Numbered from the stretch's first letter, positions 1 to 18,648 are shown. The stretch: DNA of 64,000 nt from Zygnema circumcarinatum SAG 698-1b (GCA_037447605.1 CM074806.1:3410001-3474000), one strand, 5' to 3'. The notes: generated by a model not told the origin, from the letters alone. Translations and numbers: made by a program.

Positions 1-2859
1 GTCTGGTTTGATGCCCCAATTGGTTACATTTCCATTACGGCAAATTACACTGACAAGTGGCGAGAATGGTGGAATCGTCCGAATGATGTTGAACTGGTGC
101 AGTTCATGGGAAAAGATAATGTCCCATTTCACACGGTATGAGCAACAGTGTGGAAGTTCAACTTAATTCAGCATCGGCTGCCAGTGCAGTTTCATGTTCT
201 TGTGAAATAACGTGTGATCAGCGTGCCGGATCGCTAAGTTCCTTCACCCAAAAAGAGCACATTTTAAAAAATCTCCTGGAAATTCTTAAGTGAAATATCT
301 TATCTGCCATTGTGATCCGTTGGTCCATTATTCCAACAGGTCATTTTTCCCTGCACGCTTTTAGGAACGAACGAGCCATGGACTCTCATGCGAACAATAA
401 GTGTGACGGAGTACTTGAACTACGAAGGAGGGAAATTTTCAAAGAGCCGCGGAGTGGGTGTGTTTGGGAACGATGCAAAGTCAACTTCGATTCCCGTCGA
501 AGTGTGGCGGTATTACCTTCTTACCAACCGGCCGGAGGTAGTGTTTTAACTTCAACCACAAGTGGGTGACTTTGTCTCAAGCAGCTGTCTGCTTCCAAAT
601 GTAAAACTCGTTTGTCTGTTTGTCTTATAAGGGGCAATTGGTTTCATATGTTTCTGCTTGTTCTGACAGTGCAGGCAGAAGCACGTGCTATATTTGTATC
701 TTTGTATCTTTGTCTTTGCTCTTTTTGTTCCCTGTGCTTAATTTGTCCTGAAGTTGTACTTATTCTGCAGGCTTCCGATACCGTTTTCACTTGGTCGGAT
801 CTCCAAGCGAAGCAGAACAACGAGCTGCTTAAAAATTTGGGAAATTTTGTGAATAGAGCGCTTGCATTTTTGGCAAAGCCACCAGGTAAAGATATGGCCG
901 CCTGATTTCTCAGATCTTGTTGAGAATTTCATACATTAAATACATCATAAATCAGTCTCTTGAGTGTGCAGTTTGAACAAATTGTAGACACAGAATGTCT
1001 GCATGACGCCAGTTTATGATGAACTCTTTTATCCGTTAGTGCGAGCTACATGTGAGTGAAAATGTAGTTGATTGTCTATTTTTATCCGTTTGTCGTATCA
1101 TGGAAATTTTCAGGTGAAGGATACGACTCAATACTTCCAGATGCTCCGCTTCAAGTAGACGAACTGACTTCTTCATTGGGCCAAAAAGTTGGAGAGGCCG
1201 TACAGGAGTACGTGGATTCCATGGAAAAGGTGGGGTTCCATGTCCTTCCCTCCGTAAAACCGTCCATTTGGCAGCTTTCCCTTTCGCAGTTGTTCAATTC
1301 TCTCTGAGGGGTCATGCTGTTTCTGTGCAGGTCAAGTTGAAAGCTGGACTGAAGACAGCCATGCACATTTCCAGCCTGGGAAATGTTTACCTTCAAGACT
1401 CCAAATTCTGGAAGCTGTATAAGGAGAACCCTGCTCTATGCGGACTCGTTTTACGGACTTCAGTTGGGGTGGTTCACTTGCTCGCAACAGTGTTGGAGCC
1501 CTTCATGCCATCTTTCTCCCTAAAGGTCTGCCTGCTTCCAATCGTATGCATAGTCCTGCTCCTGCAAATAAAAGGGAAGAGAGAGGGTAATCCCTCCCTT
1601 GGTAATCCGTGCAAAACTAATCCCTATGTCTCTTTATCTCGTTCTCTTTTTTCCCTTTTTTTTTTTTTTTGCAGGTTCTCCGTCAGCTGAACCTTCCGCC
1701 GTCCTCTCTGCAGCTTTCTGAAGAAGATATGCAGCGAGCTTTTCGACCGTGGGAGATCATGCCACGTCAGCATAAAATCGGACGGCCTGAGCCGATTTTC
1801 TCCGAGATGAAAGACGAAGAAGTCGAACACTACAGAAACAAGTTTGCGGGCAGCCAAGCGGAACGGGCAGCCGCGCAAGCTGCCCAGCAAAAGAAAAGTG
1901 AGCAGGGAGGCAAGGCAGCAGTGGCTTCGCAAGAAGTCGGGCAGAAGGAAAAGAAAAAGGGCGGAAAGGCGGAGAGCCATGGGGACGAAAAAACGGGCAG
2001 CGAAAAGAAAGGAAAAGGAAGTTCGGAGGGAGGAGGCAAAGAGTCAAAGGATGGGCCCGTCGACGTTTCTCGCCTCGACATTAGGGTTGGGAAAATTGTG
2101 AAGGTGCAGAAACATCCGGATGCAGACACATTGTATGTGGAAGAAATCGATGTTGGCGAAGAAAGTGTGCGGACGGTTGTGAGCGGGCTCGTGAAGTTTG
2201 TTCCCATAGAGGCGATGCAGGTAAGGCCTTAAGGAGGAGTTGCTCCGGACAAGTGCATGACAAGGGAATGTTAGGGTTTGTGTCTTTTTTTTTGTGTTTG
2301 AATGGGGAGAAAATTGACGCATGCAATCGTCGAGGATCAACCCTCTGTCGGGGCTTTTTGAGTGGAGGGTTGTTGACTTGCCTCTCTTTTTGTGACAGGA
2401 CCGCCTCGTGTGCGTTCTCTGCAATTTGAAACCGGCCAACATGAGGGGGATAAAATCGCATGCCATGGTTCTTGCGGCATCCAATGCGGAACATACCAAG
2501 GTCTTGAACTGGCATTGAACCCTTGCACCCTTCATCATCCCTCTTTCTCTCTCTCTCTCTCTCTCCCCCCTACACTTTCTGCCTCTAACTCTCCCACTCC
2601 CCGTCCCTACCCCCTCTCCCTGTTGCAGGTGGAACTCGTTAGTCCCCCCGAGGGCTCCAAACCGGGCGAGCGAGTGACTGTATTAGGGTTTCCAGGAGAG
2701 CCGGACGCGCAGCTGAACCCAAAGAAGAAGGTGTGGGAATCCGTTCAACCGGACCTGAAAACTGATTCCAACTGCGTGGCCACATTCAAAGGGTCGCCGC
2801 TGACCACGGCTTCCGGCACGTGCACAGTGGCCTCTCTCACACAGGCTTCCATCGCATAA
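1..2859 (+). CDS. MetRS: Methionyl-tRNA synthetase, cytosolic type with C-terminal EMAP/tRNA-binding domain; 5' partial. Exons 1-135, 340-537, 771-885, 1114-1229, 1331-1525, 1675-2220, 2399-2500, 2629-2859
   Basis: Translations [40 protein letters not shown] (KMSKS-type loop), [38 protein letters not shown] and [14 protein letters not shown]; all junctions GT-AG with consistent phase. Confidence 0.96.
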
Positions 2860-4889
2860 GGGCATGAAACAGGTAGAGGGCTGATACTATTTTTCTTGTA
2901 TCTTGAGTTCGTAGAAGGCTTAAATGCGTTATTTTTCTTTTTGCTACGCCGGATTGGGCGAAGGGGTTGCGGGTATTTCGAAGAAGAGATAGGACGGTTC
3001 TTCTATTTTTATGTCATCAAGTTTTGTACAAGCAGCTCTGCCTTCTAAATTTTGACCTTTGACGTGGGCTTCAATCTGTCACGGTGTTCACGGTGTTCGG
3101 TCTGTCCGGGATGTGTGCATGGAGGTCCCCTTTTAGCGTTCTTTAATATTCCGATATAATGCATTCGTAGCTTTCGCCTTAAGTTCAAGATGAAGCTCTT
3201 TACGTACTGGTATGGTCGAGCGCGCGTCGGTACCGTAATATCTGGCGAAGGTAACTCCCAGTATAACGTTAGTGCTAAGCCCGCTCAAATGGAACAGCGC
3301 TTTGAAATCAATGACCATGAATGTGCAGTCTATTTGTAACACTAAATAAAACAAGGATAACAGGTCGCCAGCCCCACATAGGCAACACAGCTTTGGTGGC
3401 GGTATCGCCAAACTTTCTGCACGCGAAGGGAGTGGTCGGTATGAAGTTGGGGGGCAACGAATGACGAAAAGCTGGGAAAGCTTTTTCTATGGCGAAACGT
3501 GACATGCGCATGTGTGGCGACTTGAATGGAATGCCCGTCACCGCGAGGCTTCAACATGGGACTTCATGTCGCTGTTATACAATGTTGCTGGTGATGTCGC
3601 CGGGGCTTGTGCTGGATGGGCATTAGGACCGGTCAATGCAGTGATCTGGCATTGCCCCGCGCAGGGCAAGTTTGTGTTTCTTTATTTGCTTATTGAGTTG
3701 AGAATGCACTAAAAAAGGCTGGAGAAGCTAAAGTATAAACCATAAATAAAGTGATAAGTTCAGAACAACTTAATCGCTAAAGCGTCTAACTTTCAAATTA
3801 GCACTATTTCGATAAAGTAAAAACGCAAATACCCCCCCCTGAACTCCAAATAAACTAACCACCGAACCCCAACCACCAAATAAATCGAATTCAACTCCAA
3901 AAAAACTACCACCCCCCACCCTCCTACCTATGCTCCAATATATTCCATTGATCTCTTGCTCTCTCCCCCTCTCTCTTCTCTCTCTTCCTCTCGATCTCTC
4001 TCTCTTTGTCTTTGTCGTTTCTCTTTGTATATCTCTCTCGCCCTCTCCCTTCCTCTCTCCCCCTCTCGCTCTCGCTCTCTCGCTCTCTTTCACTCCCTCC
4101 TCTCGCCCTCCCCCAATTCCCCTTCAAATCCACCTTCAGCCACAGGGCAGTGCCAGCTGCCACGGCCCGGGCGGGCTCGTTTGTCGTATCCAACTGAAAG
4201 TCGCCGGCAGCCTAATGCCGTACAGTCCGTCGACTTCAATTTTGAAGCTTCCTGGATGCTGTCCGCAGCCCGCAGTACGGCCGCTGCATGTGCCCGTCGT
4301 CTCGTGCGACTGCCGGCCCTTCCCATGCGCGACATCTGCCGACCCTCCGCCTCTCCCATTGGCGGCCGCTCACAACGATATTTCTCGCACAGAACTGCGT
4401 TCCGTGGTGTGCTGCCAATCGCGAGATATCAGCGAGCCGGCCAGTCGGACAAAAACATCGTACGGCAAAGCCACGTCACCGTCAGTCTGCCTGCCGACAA
4501 CCGCCCGAGGTGAGGTCCGCACCAGAAGACGACAAGAATAGTTCGGCACGTCAGACAACAAAAATCGAGCGGAAGTTTTTTATTTCTTGTCCTTTTCTTC
4601 TTCCACTTCTTCCATATACTGAAGATGTCCGTATGCGGCGTGCCATCCTCCCAGAGAGCGTCAAACTTACCGAAATTTCGACCGGAAGATGCTGATGATT
4701 TTTTTTGACCCAGCGGCCCCCGAAACCGCGAGCGGATATTACCGCGGGACCGGGGCCACGTGGCGCGCGCTCACGGGCTCGCTCCCGCACGCGTGAACCT
4801 CGCGGGGAGGGGCAGGCACTGCGCGCCGGCCGGCGCGACGCCTTAAAGCGGCGCAGAAGCTGCACGAAGGGAAGCAGCTTGCCGGTCGC

Positions 4890-5020
4890 GCTCCCGCTCC
4901 CGCTCCCTCTCCCTCTCCCACTCCCTCTCCCTCTCCCTCTCCCTCTCCCTCTCCCTCNNNNNNNNNNCCTCTCCCTCTCCCTCTCCCTCTCCCTCTCCCT
5001 CTCCCTCTCCCTCCCTCGCT
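4890..5020. repeat. (CTCCCT)n hexamer tract directly upstream of the P450 start, interrupted by a 10-N gap at 4958-4967
   Basis: Seen directly in the sequence. Confidence 0.9.
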
Positions 5021-5040
5021 CTCCCCCTCCTCCGCCCGCA

Positions 5041-6905
5041 ATGGAGTCCTTGAGCTCGCTCGAAGTCCTGCGCCTTTCCGCCCTTCAGGATCTCTCTCCC
5101 CCGTCCTTGCCTTTGTGGCTCCTTCTCGGCGCGGTGCTCCTCCTCGCGGGCCCCGCGCTGCTGCTGCTGCGGCCATGGCGCCCCCGCGCCCTGCCTCTGC
5201 CGCCCGGGCCGCGGCCATGGCCGGTCGTGGGGAGCATTCCGCTCATCGCCTCGGACCCCCTTCCGTACCGCGTCCTGGCGCGGCTCGCGCGGCGGTACGG
5301 CCCCGCCATGTGCGTGCGCGTGGGCGGGCGGCCGGTCCTCGTCGCGTCCTCGCCCGCCGCCGCGCGCGAAGTCCTCCGCGAGGCCGACGGCGCATGCTGC
5401 GACAGACCGGGCCTCGAGCTGCCGGGGATCCTCTCGTATGGAGGTGGGCGAGGGCGGGAGTGGATGCGAGCAGATGAATGGGAGGGAGAGAGAGGGGTGG
5501 GAGGGATGGGAAGGTGGGGGGAAAGATAGGGGGAGGAAAGAGGAGTTGGGGGGGGGGGGGGGGGGGNNNNNNNNNNGGGGGGGGGGACGAGGCAGATAGA
5601 AGGGAAAAAATGTGTGAAGAGAGGGGGAAAGAGATGGAGGGGAAAAGTGAGTGATGACGAGGTACAACTAACTCGATGTTGTTCTAAGGATTGATGAGGG
5701 GCTCCGGCTTTCTTGGTGCAGGACAAAACGTTGTTTTCGCAGCTGCAGGACCACATTTGAAGAGGGTTCGCAAACTGCTGGCTGTTAATATGCTCACTAA
5801 ACGTAACATAGAGTTGTTGAAGCATGTGAGGCTGGAGGAGGCTCAGCAGATGTGCGATGCCGTCACTCTTGAAGCCGCCGCACAGAATGGGCTTGTAAAA
5901 CTTCGGAGCCACATAAAATTCGCTTCCATTAATCACGTAATGCGGGCCGCCATCGGAAAGAGTTTTCAGCACAGCCTGCCCGGACAACCCAATGAGGAAG
6001 GAGACAAGTTTATAGAGTGGGTCGAAGAGGCGTTCCTGTTGGTCGGTGCTCTGAACATATCTGACTTCCTTCCCTTTTTTAAGCCTTTCGACCTAACAGG
6101 ATTTGCAAAGAAAGCGCGCGAGTTGCATGTACGCATGAGCGGCTTTTTTAGGGCTCGTCTTGACGAACACAGAGAAAGGTTGGCCAGGGAAATCGAAAAG
6201 GGTGAGAAAGACTCGTTAGTGAGAGACCTTTGCGATGCAATGCTTATGGCGGATGAATCGGATCGGGTTGGAGATGAAGCCATGCTGGGCGTGCTAACGG
6301 ATATAGTTATTGGGGCATCGGATACGACTGCTGTCACGGTAGAATGGATCATGTTGGAGCTCATACGACATCCCGACAAACTGCTGAAACTGCAGAAAGA
6401 AGTTGACAATGCATTTGAGAAGGGAGAGGCGGACGAGCTTGAGAGTCGGCTGATCGAATTGCCGTATTTGAGGGCAGTGGTAAAGGAGACACTGCGACTA
6501 CACGTTCCCCTTCCGTTGCTTGTGCCACACCAAACAACTGAGCGAGTGACTGTAGGGAACGGAAAGTACTCCGTGCCAGCTGGCACCATGGTGCAGGTGA
6601 ATGTGTGGGCCATAACGCATGACCCGCAGGTCTGGCCTGAACCCTTTGACTTCAAACCTGAGAGGTTTCTTGAACAAGATGTGGACTTCCGAGGGAGCGA
6701 TTTTCGCTTTTTGCCATTCGGAGCAGGGCGGCGGATGTGTCCTGGAATCACTGTTGGAAACTTGATGTCTTCGCTCATGGTTGCCCATTTGGTGCATGGT
6801 TTTGATTGGACGGCCGGATCGGAGCCTATCGACAATCGGGAGAAGATGGGTCTCAGCCTGACCCCTCTGAAGCCATTAGAGGCTGTGGCCACACCTCGAA
6901 AGTAA
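5041..6905 (+). CDS. Cytochrome P450, CYP71 clan (A-type); exons 5041-5443 and 5722-6905, ~528 aa
   Basis: N-terminal hydrophobic anchor, PPGPRPWPVVG hinge, I-helix IGASDTT, KETLR (ExxR), PERF, heme motif FGAGRRMCPG; single phase-1 GT-AG intron with total length divisible by 3. Confidence 0.95.
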
Positions 6906-7994
6906 GGGGTCATGACGGGCCAGACGAGTCAAACGGGAGGAACAGTGCATGTGAATGTTAAGATAATACTACCGAAAAATCGGATGTAAATAAGGGTTCG
7001 TGTGTATAAGGGAACAGTGTGTGAGTAGCCAAGATTACGAAGGTTTTGAAATGCGCCAAGTAATAGCTTTTCCGGGAATTGTAGCTTCAATGTGTGGGGT
7101 GTGATGTATACTATGAGCAGCCTCGTTTGGTCGGAGAGGATAGAGCATATGGTGGCCAATATGGCCATTGCAGTACCAATGTTGCATAAAGAGAATGCAA
7201 GCAAGAGCTTGAGTTGAAAAACCACGATGTACTTGAGAGGGGATGAAGGGGTGTCCCGACTGAAAGGGAGGTAGTGGCTCTTGTATGAGACATGACAATC
7301 TTTCCAGTTTCCAACGTGGTTCCACAACTTCACTAAGCATACGCTTCTTCCTGACAATTTCCAAGATATGCAATGTCTGCTTTAAGCTATGAACAATAGT
7401 TGACAGTGAGCATTGTGGACGGTGGATAAAATTATGAGCGCGCATGGAAACAAGGCTTGAACGGGGCTAGAAAGGCATTCTGCGCAGCACACAAGGCATG
7501 CTCCTTGCAGAAAAGACGTTGATTTTTTCGAGTTTGTCGTGTCATGAACAGCAGGGCATGGTGCTACTACGCGATCTTGTCCGCCCTCAGCCGATGAAAC
7601 TATTGTGCGCCAAAACATGCAAAGCAAGTTTATAAGACAACAGTTCATGCGGTGCAGACTGCTCACACATGTTCAAACTGAAGGTCGGGGCACGCTGACT
7701 ACTGACGATAGCAAAGCATGTCCAAGATCTTTAGTGATAGTGGGGGAACAAATTTACATTATATTTACACTCTGTACAGATGACGTTGCTTGCGGCCTTC
7801 TCAAGCGAGAGGGCTACTACGGCAGACACACTGAACAGTACATTGTCTGCCAACAGTCGTACACATCCTCTAGCTGTCCCTAAAGCTGCAGCTCTGCACA
7901 AGGATACGCAGTAGGACCCACACTCAAACACTAAATCAATAAGAGCAAAAACAAAGAGGTAAAAGCAAGATTAAAAAAACAAGTAAAGACATGC

Positions 7995-13763
<5,769 letters not shown>

Positions 13764-13938
13764 CTCTTCTTCTGTTCTGCCAGCGCTCGCCCTAAACCTA
13801 AAACCAGCCCTAATTCTAACCCTAATCCCAACCCTAACCGCTACCTCCCCACCCCCCTCGTCATCCTGAACCACTTAGTCGAAGGGGAAGCCAAGGGAGG
13901 TGTCTCCCCATCTCGGCTCTCACGTCTCAGAAGCTTCC
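13764..13938. promoter_or_regulatory. Very short bidirectional intergenic region with telo-box-like AACCCTAA repeats between BCKDH E1a and the lumenal protein gene
   Basis: Divergent ATGs at 13763 (-) and 13939 (+); CCTAAACCTAAAACC...AACCCTAATCCCAACCCTAACC at 13790-13838. Confidence 0.6.
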
Positions 13939-16201
13939 ATGGCGGCCACGTCGCATCATGTGTACTCCTCCACGTGGCTCTCGCAGCCTCTGCCGCGTGG
14001 CCACCTTGTCACTGCTCACAAAATGCCGCGTGGTCCGGTCATGGCGGCCGTGCTCCAAAGCTCGGAAAAGCAGTTATCCCCAAATTCGAAGTCGGAGCAG
14101 CTAACAAGGAAAAGCTTGACGGTTTCTGCTGAAGCTTGTGATGATGTCTCGGAGGGAAGCCATGGCCGCAGTCTTACTGGAGGCTTTGAGCTCTGCACTC
14201 GGAGGGGTGCTCTGACGGCGGCTGTCATGGGGCTGCTCGCTGCTGAAGGAGAATGGGGACACGTGGACGCGGCGCAAGCCTTCACTCTAGGGATATGTGA
14301 GGCTGTGGAACAGCATTTTTTGGCACTTACTTGCATGTCTCACATGCTCGGTATAGATAGAAGTTATCGTCTCTCGTCCTTTCCCTCTCCCTCGTCCTCT
14401 TCAGCACATTTCGTCCCTGTACGCTCTTTACACCTCCTTCGTCACGGGCAAACAGCTCGGCTCGGTGTACATTTTGTTTTTTGTTGCCAAATTCCAGTTT
14501 TGGACTTCGACTTCTTCAGTAGAAATGTTTCAGTATCCGGAAATGTAGCAATCACTTTCATTCTCGCGCTTATTTTCTTGGCTTAGGGCTTTTTTTGTTG
14601 GGACGCATGCAGCTGGCCCCAAGGAATGGCTGAAGGAGCAGAAGAAACGGACAGCATTTAATCTCTACAAGCCAATTTTGGCTTCTCGTGCGGAACTGGA
14701 CACGGTTGCCCAACTCATCGGTAGGGTTCAACCTTCTCATCCTAAAACAGTGTCCTAAATTTATGGGTTGCAGATTATGGCAGGATGAACTCAATGCTTC
14801 ACTGCCAACCTGCAGGTGCATGTAGAATATGAGATTGTTCCTTGCACAATGTCTATCCCAAACATGAGGGTTCCACCGGAATATTGTATGAACCTCCACT
14901 GCCGTTCCATGTACATGAGGGCTGGAGCACTCAAAATTCACCGCAAGTCTGCATTCTTCGATGAACTTTGGTCTATCTCTCTCTCCCTCAGCCCTTTCTC
15001 TCTCTTCGCATGTGGTCTCTCTCCTCTCCCTCTCTCCCTCTTCTCTCTCTTTTCCATTCCCAGAGAGCAGTGGCGGAGAGCCGGCAGTGTTTGAGGATGC
15101 CATCCTGCGGGTGAAGACGGCTGCGCGGGACTGTCTCCCATTGGAGGAAGGCTCCCTGCTGGCCTTCCAGGCCAGTACGGGAATTGAGGTGCAGTACGGC
15201 CCTGCTCTCTCTCCCCTCCCTCTCTTTCTCTGTCGGTGAAAGGCCCGTTAGTCAGAGGTTGCCGTCTTCTGCGTCTTGTCCCCCATACAAGGAGGTAGTC
15301 CTTGAGGTCAAAGCAGATCTGAGTGCTTCTCTCTCATCCAGAGCATTGATTGATATCCTTTCTACCTTTCTCTTTGAGAAAATATGTCACAGGTGTGCAC
15401 GTTCAAGCTTATATTAAAGAATGCCGCATCACTTTTGGAGAATGATGACGAAACAAAAATTGCAGGAGAAGAAAGATTATCTCAACTTATCTCGTGAGTT
15501 TTCTTCCGAATGCTTATACTTTAGTTTGAAAAGCACCCAGTGCAATAACTGGAATTTAGATGTTGGGACGTTTCTCGTCGTTTTAAAAAAAAAAAATACG
15601 TATCTCATTTTTCTATTTCTGCCAACGGTAGACCCCACCAATATATAAGATGTAATAATAATAATAATATATATATAATATATCTAGAATATAAGGTTGG
15701 GTTCAACCCAACCTCATATCCTACCGCTTTGGACAACTAAGCACCTGGACAGAACTAAATAATATTTCCTTGACATAAATTGCGTTCAGGTCGTTCGGGA
15801 ATTTAGCGCGTGAATTGAAAGAGCAATCCGAGGCGTACGACAAGGACAGGTCAGACACTCACTCCTCTTGCCCATGTCGCACGCGCGCCTGCCTTTTTTT
15901 TTCTCAAAAAATCTAGTTCGTTATTATTGCAATACACCCTTTCCGTTTTAGAGTGTGTTGCACTGAAATCAGCAGATGCTCTTTGGCGCGGGATGTTGAA
16001 AAAGTAAGATTGATGTAATGTGAAAAGTTCAACATGGTAGCAAACGAGAGAGCATTTTATAGAAGAAAAAGTTGATATTTGAACTTGCTCTTCTTGCGGC
16101 GCAGAGGCAAAGCCCTCTCGGTGGAGGCCGTCCGCGGCGCGCAGTCGGCCCTCGACCGCTTCCAAGACGGAGTCAAAACTGTGCTCGGGATCGCCCTCTG
16201 A
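13939..16201 (+). CDS. Conserved green-lineage protein with a bipartite chloroplast/Tat thylakoid-lumen signal. Exons 13939-14296, 14613-14720, 15064-15188, 15393-15493, 15790-15849, 16105-16201
   Basis: Ser/Thr-rich transit peptide, then TRRGALTAAVMGLL...AQA (twin-Arg, hydrophobic stretch, AxA). The mature part FTLGISGPKEWLKEQKK...AARDC...FQASTGIEVCTFKLILKNAASLL resembles an uncharacterised plant protein family from memory. Splice phases are consistent. Confidence 0.85.
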
Positions 16202-17419
16202 GGCCTCCCAGCCCCTCTTTAGTCCATGCTTTAGTCAACCAGTTTTGGCCAAAAGTGGTCGAGTGCGCCGATTCATTTCCCTTTTTTGTTTTTCCTTTAT
16301 GTTATGTGCGTTTGTGCGCCAAGCAATAAGCCACAATTGCAAGGATTCACCCAACGACTAGCGGTGGAGCACAAATGCGCTGAATGGCTTTGATGTCTCC
16401 CTCTTTCTCTCTCCGGCCCCTCCATGCCTATGCTGCCCTGGGCAGGTACCTACCGTACTATACCCTGCAAGAAAGAGACAAAAGAGATGGTACGGCCATC
16501 AGCCGCCGCACGTGCAAGAAAGCTTCCAGCAGCCTCGGCCAGCAAGTGCCAGCCTGCAAACTGTGAAGTCGAAATCGTCCACATATAGCCCGCAACGCGA
16601 TTTTTAACTGTGACTGTGAGCATGGAGACGGCGTTTCTGTGTCCAGCGCAGCGGGAATGTTCTCGAGCGCGCCGACCAGCGCAGTAGCATCGATACTCGG
16701 CTCAGTATTCACTGAGGGCCTAAGGCTGCCTTTTCGCGCTCCGAGTTTACTCAACTCCATTCAAATTTTGCTCCGTGGTTCAACTTTGCTGATAAATTTC
16801 TCGCTTCCGAACGGTTGAAGTTCAACAAGTTAAGTCTGGTATAAAAACTTCGTTGCGGGGATGAAAAAAACAACTTTCCGCCTCAGTTTCCGCCTCCAGA
16901 GCTTGTAGCAGTCAAGGAAAGTCGGCCCATGAAAGCGCACCCCGAGGCCGACCACGAGCATGCGAGCCGCGCGCTGCGCTGCCCGCCACCCCCCGCCTCG
17001 CCTCCACGACGACGCGGTTCGAGCAGCAGGCGAGCAGCCAACCCGCCGCGACGCGAAGGGAAGGGCGGGAGGGGGGGCGACCACCCGCCGGCTGGCCGCT
17101 GTTCTGTTACAGTTCCCGTCCAGTTCGGTGGCGGTCGAACGGCGGAGCTGCTGTTCGCTGTTCGCAGTTTGTGGAAACGGCGCGCAAGAACGGAACGGCC
17201 CGGCACGGAACAGGTTTCGTCCGCCCTGAGGACAGCCCTCAGGGGCTTTCATTATTTTGGAAAGCCCGATGTCCGTCGACTTTGCTCCAGGACACGCCAC
17301 GTGTTGCCTGTACGGTAGATAGTGTGAAGCGGCATGTGCTCACACCAAAGCGGAAAACTCACTTGGATCGTTTCTCACATAGAAACTGGTATCATTTGAA
17401 ATTCCGGCTGGTTGCAAAA

Positions 17420-18190
17420 AGGACGGCAAAGGGAGCGAGAGGATAGGCGGAGGAGAGGGGGGGTGGAGGGAGAGGAAATAGGGAGGGGGAGGAGTGGGGG
17501 GGGGAGTGGCAGTAGAGGGGTAGGGGGGAGGGGGAGGGGGGAGGGGGGAGAAGAGGGAAGAGGGAAGTGGGGAGAGGGGAAGGGGGAGGGGGAGGGGGAG
17601 GGAGGGAGGAAGGAGGGAGGGAGGGAGGGAGGGAAGGGGAGTGTGGGAAGGAGGGAGGGGGGGAGAAGAGGAAGCAGGGACGAGGGGGGACAAGGGACGG
17701 GGAGGGGGAGGGGGGGAGGGGGAAGGGGGGAGTGTGGGAAGGAGGGAGGGGGGGAGAAGAGGAAGCAGGACGAGGGGGGACAAGGGACGGGGAGGGGGAG
17801 GGGGGAGGGGGGAGGGGGGAGGGGGGAGGGGGAGGGGGAGGGGGGAGGGGGGAGGGGGAGGGGGAGGGGCGAGAAGAGGGAAGAGGGAAGTGGGGAGAGG
17901 GGGAAGGGGGGAGGGGAGAGGGGGGAGGGGGGATGGAGGAGGGGGGAGGGGGGAAGGGGGGGAGTGTGGGAAGGAGGGAGGGGGGAGGGGGGAGAAGAGG
18001 GAAGTAGGACGAGGGGGGACAAGGGACGGGGAGGGGGGAGGGGGAGGGGGAAGGGGGAGGGGGAGGGGGAGGGGGGAGGGGGAGGGGGAGGGGGAGGGTG
18101 GAGGGGGAGGGGGAGGGGGGAGGGGGAGGGGGAGGGGGAGGGGGAGGGGGAGGGGGAGGGGGAGGGGGGAGGGGGGAGTAAGAGGGGGAG
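17420..18190. repeat. G-rich polypurine tract of (GGGGGA)n with interspersed higher-order 35-70 bp units
   Basis: Unit GTGTGGGAAGGAGGGAGG...GGACGAGGGGGGACAAGGGACGGGGA at ~17641, ~17731 and ~17963; GAGAAGAGGGAAGAGGGAAGTGGGGAGAGGGG at ~17548 and ~17871. Confidence 0.92.
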
Positions 18191-18614
18191 GTTGTGTCTT
18201 CCGTCTGGTTGGTTGGAGGGGCTTTTATTTTATGTGTATAGTAGACCCTCGCAGCCCCTCGAACGCCACAAAGGAACTGTGTGTCCATGCATTGCCCACT
18301 CGGTTGCAGTTTCTTGAAGCGCGGACCAACCCATAAAGCACGATTCAATCCAGAAAAAAATATCTTGTATATATATACATATTTGTTGCACATTAAGTGC
18401 ACCATACATGCACTGCTTCGCCACACTGCGCCGTCGAACTACCTACGCCTACCGCAAAAGGACTCTTCTGTTGCAGAACGGCCCACCCCTCCCATCCGCT
18501 ACCAACGCGAGCACGCGCCAATCCCACGAACAAAACGCGCTTAACAAAGGAGCGCTGTGAGAGAGCCAAATCCCCCGCGCTCGGTCGCTCGAGCGGGCGA
18601 GCCCACAACCCTGA

Positions 18615-18648
18615 TCGCGTCGCGTCGCGTCGCGTCGCGTCGCGTCGC
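18615..18648. repeat. (TCGCG)6 pentanucleotide repeat immediately 3' of the root-cap gene stop codon
   Basis: Seen directly. Confidence 0.9.

Noticed and set aside
4256-4509. Arg-rich ORF resembling a mitochondrial presequence, ending at a GT donor
   Set aside because: No downstream exon was found; the nearest acceptor (4654) is out of frame with the P450.
4705-5040. N-terminal extension of the P450 ORF
   Set aside because: It starts at TTG, crosses a hexamer repeat and an N-gap, and the ATG at 5041 already gives a normal anchor.
5966-6913. 315-aa antisense ORF over the P450 exon
   Set aside because: It is a shadow frame of a real coding exon with no recognisable motifs; the same applies to antisense ORFs over PP2C and MetRS.
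17340-18426. Pro-rich and Gly-rich ORFs resembling extensins or GRPs
   Set aside because: They arise from the stop-free G/A tract, lack a signal peptide and have no splice context.
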